Of a stretch of 25,355 nt of DNA, positions 18,576 through 25,099 are shown piece by piece. Numbering within the stretch: the stretch's first letter is position 1; the number at the start of each line of letters is the position of its first letter. Under the pieces are notes generated by a model. That model had not been told where the DNA came from. It saw only the letters and a program-made list of their open reading frames with translations, and did no database searches. The position numbers and the translations under genes are program-made. Source of the stretch: a virus (lineage: Duplodnaviria > Caudoviricetes); IMG/VR virus record IMGVR_UViG_3300020409_000071, positions 1 through 25,355 of that record. One strand, written 5' to 3'.

Positions 18576-19213
18576 TACATTCTTCTTAGTACTTTAAATG
18601 GTCTATATGTTGTGTTAGCATCTTGCTGATACTGAAAGTCACTAAAGATATTATGGTCAGATTGTTTCATCTCATACTCCACCGCTAAAGCTCTTGCAGC
18701 AGCTTCATCTGATTCTAATAATTTAGCAGATGGCTGACTGTTTACCATACGGTTAGAGGCGATTCTGGATGCTCTGGTAGTAATATAGTCTTTAAAGGCT
18801 TGTGGTAGATCTTCAAAATCTAACATCCATACAATGTCAAAATATAATTTACTACAATTTTCAAAGGTAAAGCTATGATTCTTTTTATCGTATACCTTCA
18901 TTACACCATTGTCACTACGTCTAACTATATCATAATCTTTACCGTGTTCAAATATGTTTAGGTCTAGTTGTAGAACATTGTTTGGTATAATACACTGATT
19001 GTTTGTATCGAGGTTTATAGGATACTGGTTCTCTGTGTTGTATGACCATCCCTCAGCTTGTATCTCACGGCAGACTTGCCTTAGAGTATTTTGTGCTATA
19101 ACCACTTCTGGGCTTTGCACCGTTAATGTATTAACTGGGGTTTCTCCAACGCTCATCAGGATTGAATTTACAGCATCTAGTTCGGTAGACACTCCGTAAG
19201 ATATTTGTGCCAT
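18575..19213 (-). CDS. gp11: Tail tubular protein A (adaptor/gatekeeper)
   Basis: 212 aa with TELDAVNSILMSVGETPV, IQAEGWSYNTE and FEDLPQAFKDYITTRASR motifs. Follows the capsid gene. Confidence 0.95.
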   Translation of the reverse strand: MAQISYGVSTELDAVNSILMSVGETPVNTLTVQSPEVVIAQNTLRQVCREIQAEGWSYNTENQYPINLDTNNQCIIPNNVLQLDLNIFEHGKDYDIVRRSDNGVMKVYDKKNHSFTFENCSKLYFDIVWMLDFEDLPQAFKDYITTRASRIASNRMVNSQPSAKLLESDEAAARALAVEYEMKQSDHNIFSDFQYQQDANTTYRPFKVLRRM

Positions 19214-19215
19214 AT

Positions 19216-19238
19216 AAAAAAGGGGGGCGAGTGCCCCC
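19216..19238 (-). terminator. Rho-independent terminator after the capsid gene (T7 Tphi-equivalent position)
   Basis: Minus strand reads GGGGGC-ACUC-GCCCCC-C-UUUUUU, about 15 nt after the capsid stop. Confidence 0.88.
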
Positions 19239-19253
19239 GTATAAATGTATATA

Positions 19254-20423
19254 TTATGAGAAAGCTGCTGGCTTTGTAGTTGTTCCTGCGAACAATTCTA
19301 CACAAGCTGCTGGGTTCACATAATCTGCTCCCATAGCCATGCGTCCTAGGATGACATCGCCTTGGTATACCACTGAAACGTCTCCAGAAGTTACTTGAAC
19401 TTGTGGGCCAATGGTTTCAACAACACCTGCAGCTTCTCTTTGGAAGATAAGTCCACATGTGTTTGCAAAGTTAGAGGCAGCACCGTAGTTTTGGCGAGGG
19501 CCATAGTTGTTACCTGTAACTGTTGTAGCTGTTTCGATTGCCTCAGATACGAAATCACCTGTGTTGCCAGGATCTACTGTATCAAGGTCAGTAGCAGCTG
19601 AAGCACCACTTGAAGGTGCATACTTAGTACCATACTTAGAGAAGAATGGGACGTTCATTGATTTGTAGATTTGAATACCTGCAATTTCAATTACACCCTT
19701 TCCGCTTTGTAAAGCTGTACCTTGTACATCTCTGTTAATTAGTCCGTTAGAACCAGCTTCTGTGATAAGAGCGTAGTACTGTCTTGGGTTAAGAACAGCT
19801 ACTCTTCCATCATCAGATACACCTTTTTCATCTAGTGCAGCTGCAGCATCATAAAATGCTGTTACTAACTTAGAAGAATCAAGAGCATCGTCAGCGTTAG
19901 AACCTGCACCAACTCTAATTTGTGTACCGCCTGGCTCTGTAAAGTTAGACATAGAAACAGGAGAAGCCTGTCTAGCACCTTTAGCAATAGCTCTGAAGAT
20001 TAGTCTGTCATACTTTTGTGCAAGTGCATAACCGATCTTCCTAGAAATCTCTCCTCTTAACTCATAGTGTGAAAGTGTCTCGTCTAGCTCATAAACAAAT
20101 GCAGAGCTGATTAATAGGTCATCTACTGTAATTGTTTTTTCTGCTACTGGTGGAGTTTTGTCAGAGTTTCCTAATATACTGTTGCCAGGAGTGTGGTATT
20201 CCGCACTTGTACGTCCAGTATAGATGAACTGTAAACTCTTACCGTTTGTGAGTGTACGCTTCATAACGAGATCTCTTGCGATTGTCTCTCTTTGGAAGCC
20301 AGTAAACATCTCACCTGAGAACAACTTTAAATATAAATCTCTGTTATTTGAAGCGTTCCCTGTTGCATTAATCCTACCTAGAAAGGTTTGTGAGGTAGGG
20401 TTATTTGTTGACTGTTGTGCCAT
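19254..20423 (-). CDS. gp10: Major capsid protein
   Basis: 389 aa with LYLKLFSGEMFTGF, RTLTNGKSLQF, EKTITVDDLLIS and GYALAQKYDRLI motifs of T7-type gp10A. Confidence 0.97.
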   Translation of the reverse strand: MAQQSTNNPTSQTFLGRINATGNASNNRDLYLKLFSGEMFTGFQRETIARDLVMKRTLTNGKSLQFIYTGRTSAEYHTPGNSILGNSDKTPPVAEKTITVDDLLISSAFVYELDETLSHYELRGEISRKIGYALAQKYDRLIFRAIAKGARQASPVSMSNFTEPGGTQIRVGAGSNADDALDSSKLVTAFYDAAAALDEKGVSDDGRVAVLNPRQYYALITEAGSNGLINRDVQGTALQSGKGVIEIAGIQIYKSMNVPFFSKYGTKYAPSSGASAATDLDTVDPGNTGDFVSEAIETATTVTGNNYGPRQNYGAASNFANTCGLIFQREAAGVVETIGPQVQVTSGDVSVVYQGDVILGRMAMGADYVNPAACVELFAGTTTKPAAFS

Positions 20424-20444
20424 TATTTTGTAGGGTTATATGTA

Positions 20445-20590
20445 TCGTCTCTAGATCTAGAATTATAGGAATCTTAATTGTATCAGCTAAGACTCAAGCT
20501 GTTTGTGGTCTATCCCACCGTCATGACGGCATAAGGTATCTCCGTAGAGGCTCATACCAAGTGTAGAGGGAGGCATTGCACCTCCCGTGT
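20445..20590 (-). promoter_or_regulatory. Structured non-coding leader of the capsid gene (several hairpins and palindromes)
   Basis: GGGAGG-UGCAAUG-CCUCCC (20568-20586); GGUAUGAG/CUUAUGCC stem enclosing CUC-UACG-GAG; perfect palindrome CCGTCATGACGG (20518-20529); GUGG-GAUAGA-CCAC; CAGCU-n8-AGCUG; palindrome TCTAGATCTAGA (20450-20461). Confidence 0.55.
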
Positions 20591-20593
20591 CGC

Positions 20594-20725
20594 TTAACGA
20601 ACTACTTTATGATAATGTATATTTGGTCGTTTTTCAGTCATGTGTGTTTTAATGTGGCTTAATTCTAAAGCACCCATTATAAGAGCTAGACCTATTATGC
20701 CGAACCAAATTGCTTTGTCATTCAT
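20594..20725 (-). CDS. Small single-pass membrane protein (43 aa)
   Basis: Not in the track. MNDKAIWFGIIGLALIMGALELSHIKTHMTEKRPNIHYHKVVR. ATG overlaps the YRG-peptide stop (ATGA). One TM segment then a His-rich tail. Confidence 0.65.
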   Translation of the reverse strand: MNDKAIWFGIIGLALIMGALELSHIKTHMTEKRPNIHYHKVVR

Positions 20726-20775
20726 TTAATAATTTTGGTGTAAGCAACGCCACGATATACGTAAGTTACTGTCAT
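20722..20775 (-). CDS. 17-aa YRG 'downstream peptide' (DUF4278-like)
   Basis: Not in the track. MTVTYVYRGVAYTKIIK, with SD GGGAG (20782-20786) 6 nt upstream. The YRGVAY motif is the signature of peptides that follow Downstream-peptide RNAs. Confidence 0.8.
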   Translation of the reverse strand: MTVTYVYRGVAYTKIIK

Positions 20776-20787
20776 GGTAAACTCCCA

Positions 20788-20845
20788 TATACCAAAGCCC
20801 CGTTCCATGCTTTGGTGTCATGCGTCCCGAAGGATGAACGGACGT
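20788..20845 (-). ncRNA. Glutamine-II riboswitch (Downstream-peptide RNA motif)
   Basis: RNA reads GUCCGUUCAUCCUUCGGGACGCAUGACACCAAAGCAUGGAACGGGGCUUUGGU. P1 CCGUUC/GAACGG, P2 UCC-UUCG-GGA, and pseudoknot-type pairing ACCAAAGC/GCUUUGGU. Directly upstream of a YRG peptide. Confidence 0.88.
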
Positions 20846-20849
20846 AGCG

Positions 20850-21362
20850 TTATTGATTAAGGTATGTGTGTACAACGTATCTATATCCTTTAGGACAAGA
20901 TACTGTATGAGGGTGTGTATAATATACAGGATATATTAAAACCTCACCTCGTTGTAAAGTTGTGGTAAGTTCTTGATTAGGAAACTCATACTCACCGCCT
21001 TCATAATCATTATTCAAGCCGATAGTAAGACCAACCGTTCTTAACTTGCCATCATCATGTGAGCCAAACAAACCGTTAGCGTGGAACTTTGTAGCACCGT
21101 AAATCTTTCTTAGTAAGTAACCATCATCTCCAGAAAATTGTGCAAACGTATAGTCCTTAACATACTCTGTAAGTACTTCTTTAATTTTTTTCAAAATAAA
21201 GTCTACGTATTTTCTCTCACTTAGATATAAATTATGACCCAAGTGATCTCCTGTACCTAGTCCTTGATAGGCTAATTCTGAATTTGATTCATAGTAGTCA
21301 ACGAGTTCTTTACAATACTCCTTACTAAAAACGTCACCGTACTTTGCGATACCGTCTTTCAC
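20850..21362 (-). CDS. 2OG-Fe(II) oxygenase (prolyl-4-hydroxylase-like)
   Basis: GTG start 4 nt after the hli stop. Motifs FSKEYCKELV, LNNDYEGGEYEF, RGEVLIYP, THPHTV and GYRYVV. The first metal motif reads H-A-N. Confidence 0.85.
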   Translation of the reverse strand: MKDGIAKYGDVFSKEYCKELVDYYESNSELAYQGLGTGDHLGHNLYLSERKYVDFILKKIKEVLTEYVKDYTFAQFSGDDGYLLRKIYGATKFHANGLFGSHDDGKLRTVGLTIGLNNDYEGGEYEFPNQELTTTLQRGEVLIYPVYYTHPHTVSCPKGYRYVVHTYLNQ

Positions 21363-21366
21363 TGAC

Positions 21367-21495
21367 TTATAAAATTCCAGGAATTATCTGACCTGTGGTA
21401 GCATACGCTCCAACAGCAGCAACAAAGCCTATCATAGCTAACCAGCCATTTAGTCTCTCAGCGTTTTCCCAGTGTGTGTGGTTGTGGTGTGTCAT
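21367..21495 (-). CDS. hli: High-light-inducible protein (42 aa)
   Basis: Not in the track. MTHHNHTHWENAERLNGWLAMIGFVAAVGAYATTGQIIPGIL contains AERLNGxLAMIGF and TGQIIPGI, typical of phage/multicopy Prochlorococcus HLIPs. ATGA-coupled to the upstream gene. Confidence 0.95.
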   Translation of the reverse strand: MTHHNHTHWENAERLNGWLAMIGFVAAVGAYATTGQIIPGIL

Positions 21496-21725
21496 TTTCT
21501 TCGTTTATGGTTGTAGTTAATTCTACGTGAACTTGTTTTAGATTTTCTAAATCTTGATTTTTCACCGCTAGACATCTCTTTAGTAGTCTTTGGTGTTTTG
21601 GATGAGACTCTGCGAGATGGACGACAAGCGGGGTAGCCTTTACGCTTTTCGCCTTTCTGTCTGCCACATGGCTTACCAGTTTTTACGTCCACCCACTTCT
21701 CTTTAAACCATCTTCTTAGACTCAT
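21492..21725 (-). CDS. Basic protein resembling the DUF5872 C-terminal half (77 aa)
   Basis: LRRWFKEKWVDV...CGR...YPACRPSRRVSSKTPKT motif, ATGA overlaps at both ends. Family name from recollection of the motif. Confidence 0.75.
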   Translation of the reverse strand: MSLRRWFKEKWVDVKTGKPCGRQKGEKRKGYPACRPSRRVSSKTPKTTKEMSSGEKSRFRKSKTSSRRINYNHKRRK

Positions 21726-21883
21726 CTCTTTCCTCTAGTATATCCTTTAGCGGTCTTTCTTTTACCACCAGATTTTACTTGTCCTTTACATACCTTTACA
21801 GCGTAAGCATTAGCATATGCTGAGGGGTATACCTTGAACTTTCTTTTCGCAGCTGCTTTACCACGGGGACATAGTTTAGCCAT
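21722..21883 (-). CDS. Basic protein resembling the DUF5872 N-terminal half (53 aa)
   Basis: Not in the track. MAKLCPRGKAAAKRKFKVYPSAYANAYAVKVCKGQVKSGGKRKTAKGYTRGKR. TAATG overlap upstream, ATGA downstream. Confidence 0.78.
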   Translation of the reverse strand: MAKLCPRGKAAAKRKFKVYPSAYANAYAVKVCKGQVKSGGKRKTAKGYTRGKR

Positions 21884-21939
21884 TACTTCTTCTTGCCTCC
21901 GTGTTTACAGCCACACTTAGATCCTTTCTTGTGTGCCAT
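21883..21939 (-). CDS. 18-aa basic Cys/His micro-peptide
   Basis: Not in the track. MAHKKGSKCGCKHGGKKK exactly fills the gap between two genes, with TAATG overlaps on both sides. Confidence 0.65.
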   Translation of the reverse strand: MAHKKGSKCGCKHGGKKK

Positions 21940-22184
21940 TAGCATTTCCATCTACGTAGTGCCAACGCTTTACGGGTTGGCTTTCCGTTGGGCTTTTTCA
22001 TTGGCCCTTTTACTCCCTTCATGCGAGCACAAAAGGAACGCTTACGAGCCCCACCTTGAGGCTGAGGAGCCTTGAGGTTGGAGCCAGTAGCCCTATTATA
22101 TTTACGCCTACCCTTGGCAGTAAGCCCACCTTTACGGGACTTCTCTCCTCGACCTAGAGATAGGCTTACGCCTCTCCTAGCCAT
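21939..22184 (-). CDS. Basic protein, DUF6321-like (81 aa)
   Basis: GGLTAKGRRKYNRATGSNLKAP...RKRSFCARMKG...KPTRKALALRRWKC motif. TAATG-coupled on both sides. Confidence 0.78.
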   Translation of the reverse strand: MARRGVSLSLGRGEKSRKGGLTAKGRRKYNRATGSNLKAPQPQGGARKRSFCARMKGVKGPMKKPNGKPTRKALALRRWKC

Positions 22185-22315
22185 TACTTTTTCTTACCGA
22201 GTATTTTCTTTTGTACTGCTTTTGGTAACTTAGATAAACCTTTGCTCATCTTCTTACCGTTCTTTGCAGGTGGTCTACCTTTCTTACTTCCGTAAGTTCC
22301 CTTACCCATTGGCAT
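22184..22315 (-). CDS. 43-aa Lys-rich protein
   Basis: Not in the track. MPMGKGTYGSKKGRPPAKNGKKMSKGLSKLPKAVQKKILGKKK. SD AGGAG overlaps the scaffold stop, and its own stop overlaps the next ATG. Confidence 0.75.
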   Translation of the reverse strand: MPMGKGTYGSKKGRPPAKNGKKMSKGLSKLPKAVQKKILGKKK

Positions 22316-22327
22316 TTTTTTAGTCTC

Positions 22328-23176
22328 CTATACTTTTAAGTTTGATGCGGATAGTTTTCTTAGAACATCATCTCTGTATGCTTCATCAGTCTGATATTCT
22401 GGTTTGTTCATGTCTCTGACAACCTCAGCCATACTTCTATAACTTTCAGTAGCTGACTCTTTGCCAGTAACTACACGGGAATCTCGTCCCTGTGAATCTT
22501 CGTATTTTCCCATTAGTGCTGTAACTGCAAATTTAATAGCTGATTTGTTTCCTGTTTTCAATACATCATCGTAATCATTCTGTGCTTCTTTATCTAGGTT
22601 TTGACCAGCCCACTCCATGAGAGCCTTATAGCCTTCTTCACCGTTAGCTATACCTTTTATCTCATTAACTTCTGCATCAGTTAATACAGGTTCTGCTTCT
22701 TGATAACCTACTTCTTCACGGACACCTTTTAAATATGAGTCAACTAACTGTCTATTTAAACCAGCTTTACCAAGTTTGTCATACATTTCATCAGACAAAG
22801 TACCATTGTTCTCCTCAAAATGTTTATTCATTTCAAAAGGATCTATGCTGTTGTCTTTAAATATGTTACCTAGTTGTTCACCGTATACTTCGTTAGCTGT
22901 ATCATAATTAACAGACCCATCCTCAGAATAGAATTGATATTCTGTTGTAGGTTCTGCTGTCTCTTCAACTTTTTCTGTAGGTGTCTCACCTAGTTTCTTT
23001 TGCAGTTCATTGTAAGCTGCCTCTAAATCTTCGACATTCTTGTACTTACCAGCAAGCATTTTCTCTTGCTTTGCCATAAGCTCTTCGCCTATCTTTAGAG
23101 ACTCAGCTTCTTTTTCTGCAATTTGTTGTGCTGCTACAGGATCATCTGATGTATCGTAGCGGATTGTTTCTGCCAT
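22328..23176 (-). CDS. gp9: Capsid assembly (scaffolding) protein
   Basis: 282 aa, acidic. LAGKYKNVEDLEAAYNELQKKLG and C-terminal YRSMAEVVRDMNKPEYQTDEAYRDDV motifs. Follows the portal. Confidence 0.93.
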   Translation of the reverse strand: MAETIRYDTSDDPVAAQQIAEKEAESLKIGEELMAKQEKMLAGKYKNVEDLEAAYNELQKKLGETPTEKVEETAEPTTEYQFYSEDGSVNYDTANEVYGEQLGNIFKDNSIDPFEMNKHFEENNGTLSDEMYDKLGKAGLNRQLVDSYLKGVREEVGYQEAEPVLTDAEVNEIKGIANGEEGYKALMEWAGQNLDKEAQNDYDDVLKTGNKSAIKFAVTALMGKYEDSQGRDSRVVTGKESATESYRSMAEVVRDMNKPEYQTDEAYRDDVLRKLSASNLKV

Positions 23177-23178
23177 AG

Positions 23179-24762
23179 TTATTGTGGTGGGGTTGTTCCA
23201 GATAGTGCTGCTGCTATTGCATTAGGTGCTTCTGGGTTTTTAGATGGGTCTAATAATGGAGTGCTTGCAAGTTGACCAGCTTGGTCAGTTAATGACTGCA
23301 TCTGTTGTGCTTGCATTGCTTGTTGTTGTTCTTGATTACGCTCGTCCACACTCTTAACAAGGTTCAGTATGTCGATACCTTGTGAAGCTGCTAGACGTTT
23401 GATAGCTTCATCAGCGTTCATGTACTGCTGTAAAGCCTGTGGCCCCATTGTTTGGGACACAGTAGTTATAAACTGTACAAGAGCATCTCTGTCCTGTCCT
23501 CTACCTAGTGCATTTATACCTGCTACAATGGTAGGTTTAACTAGATTAGATGGTACAGAAGGTATCTTCTTAGATCTAGTTAGTGTGTGCATAGTACGTC
23601 CAAGGTAAGGTATTAAGAACTCTGTAGTTAACAAACTGAATAGTCCACCCAGCTGTCTTTCTAGCTCCATCTGTGTCATCCTTACTTCTTCCGCTGTAGT
23701 ACGTTCTGACTGACGTGGATTGAGAATCAAAAATGCTTCTGACAATCTCTTCTCCAACATGTTTATCATTTGATATGCAGTTTGAAAGTCAGCAGTTTTA
23801 CCTACTTGTACCACACCTATCTCATCAGGTCTACCCTGTATGATAGCACCATTACCAGCGTTAGCTAAAGCTGCAGGTTTTGTTGTAGCTGAAGGTGATA
23901 CAGTAAATACAACTTTGGCTGCAGCTGCACTGCCTTCAACGACAGCTTGCATCAATGCCTCTAAAGATTTCAAGTCCCCAAGGAACTCTTCAACTCTAGA
24001 ACGTCCGTAATCTTCTCCGTCTACAGTGACAAAACGTAGTGGTAGCCAGGGGGTCTTGTCCTTGGGTGCTTTACCTACACTGTCAGGTAAGACCATATCG
24101 TTAGCTTCTTGATGCCAACGCCAACCATTATTATATAGTTTTACACATGTATATACATCTACATCTTTCGTACCTTTATAGTCACCTTTGGAGTCATCAT
24201 TAGGACTGTTCTCTTCTTCTATTTCTGGCAACCCTAATAATTTTTTACTGACTCGTTCTTTAGTAACAATCTCAACCACGTTTCCATTACCATCTCTCTC
24301 AACTACATAGCGATTAAGTGGGTATACTTTCATACCTTCCTTTGCCATATAAACAAGAGCGTTGCCTGTCACGACTAGATGTTTTAGTGCTGCAAATATT
24401 TGAACTCTGTCTGTGGAGGCAGCAATGCTCTCCATAATCATACGCTCTATCTTTGCAAAACTAAGATCTAATTCACTCTTTGCTTCGGGTGGTATCTCTA
24501 CACCTAGTTTAGAATCATCTAGCTGTAGTTTAAAAAAACTGGTTGACGGAGGTAGGAGTCCTAGCATAAGTTTTGAACTCAGCGTGGTAACTCCTTTGGC
24601 TCCGACTGATTGCCAAGGTGTTGCAAAACTTTGATATAAAGCATCACCTTCATTTCTCATTAGTAATGTTGGAATGGTTAACTCCGCACATTCATAAGCG
24701 ACATGTAAGAACTGTTCACGGTGACTCGATAACTCGTTGTATCGTTGCCGTGCGTTTTTCAT
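23179..24762 (-). CDS. gp8: Portal / head-to-tail connector
   Basis: 527 aa with PWQSVGAKGVTTLSSKLMLGLLPP, GEDYGRSRVEEFLGDLKSLE, ERTTAEEVR and ALGRGQD motifs. Confidence 0.97.
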   Translation of the reverse strand: MKNARQRYNELSSHREQFLHVAYECAELTIPTLLMRNEGDALYQSFATPWQSVGAKGVTTLSSKLMLGLLPPSTSFFKLQLDDSKLGVEIPPEAKSELDLSFAKIERMIMESIAASTDRVQIFAALKHLVVTGNALVYMAKEGMKVYPLNRYVVERDGNGNVVEIVTKERVSKKLLGLPEIEEENSPNDDSKGDYKGTKDVDVYTCVKLYNNGWRWHQEANDMVLPDSVGKAPKDKTPWLPLRFVTVDGEDYGRSRVEEFLGDLKSLEALMQAVVEGSAAAAKVVFTVSPSATTKPAALANAGNGAIIQGRPDEIGVVQVGKTADFQTAYQMINMLEKRLSEAFLILNPRQSERTTAEEVRMTQMELERQLGGLFSLLTTEFLIPYLGRTMHTLTRSKKIPSVPSNLVKPTIVAGINALGRGQDRDALVQFITTVSQTMGPQALQQYMNADEAIKRLAASQGIDILNLVKSVDERNQEQQQAMQAQQMQSLTDQAGQLASTPLLDPSKNPEAPNAIAAALSGTTPPQ

Positions 24763-25097
24763 TATCCTCCGTATGAACCTGTACCACCGCCACCGCCAGT
24801 ACCAGTGTTAGTACCTTGAGGTGTGTTGATTCCCTGTAGTCCACCTGACTCAGGTTTCGGTGTAGCTAGTGCTTGGGTTCCTGTCTGTCCTTGACCTTTC
24901 TTAGCTCTTTTCTTAGATCTAACCTTTGCCTTTCTCTTTGTCTCATCCTCTGAAATAGGAGTAGGAGTAGGAGCTGTTGGAGCTTCAACAGGAGCTGTCT
25001 GTATTGGTAGTGGGGGTGGTGGAGTTGTTGGTGGAGCGGGTACGGGTGGTGGTGGTGGAGCTGATCTACGTCCTCCAAATAAACTTCCGATACACAT
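24762..25097 (-). CDS. Pro-rich small virion protein (T7 gp6.7/gp7.3 position)
   Basis: 111 aa, MC start, polyproline tract, basic middle, Gly-rich end. TAATG-coupled to the portal, SD GGAG upstream. Confidence 0.75.
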   Translation of the reverse strand: MCIGSLFGGRRSAPPPPPVPAPPTTPPPPLPIQTAPVEAPTAPTPTPISEDETKRKAKVRSKKRAKKGQGQTGTQALATPKPESGGLQGINTPQGTNTGTGGGGGTGSYGG

Positions 25098-25099
25098 AA

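Noticed and set aside
19214-19300. T7-style gp10B frameshift extension of the capsid protein
   Set aside because: Only 40 nt separate the capsid stop from gp11, and they hold a terminator, so there is no room for an extension domain.
20560-20600. Possible tRNA gene at the T-arm-like hairpin
   Set aside because: No acceptor, D or anticodon arms can be built around it. Kept only as an isolated hairpin.
21458-21667. 69-aa minus-strand ORF
   Set aside because: An alternative frame overlapping both the 77-aa gene and hli, which have clear motifs and coupled start/stop junctions.
20424-23200. Phage RNA polymerase (T7-like) late promoters
   Set aside because: I could not find a repeated ~20-bp consensus upstream of the structural genes by eye, so none is called.
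742-24634. All plus-strand ORFs in the track (e.g. 1477-2034, 3166-3627, 5332-6138)
   Set aside because: Essentially all lie antisense within well-supported minus-strand genes and show no recognisable motifs. They are the shadow frames expected from codon bias and repetitive fibre sequence.
24866-25078. 70-aa His/Gln/Leu-rich minus-strand ORF
   Set aside because: Out-of-frame reading of the CCA/CCT-rich polyproline gene, fully nested within it.
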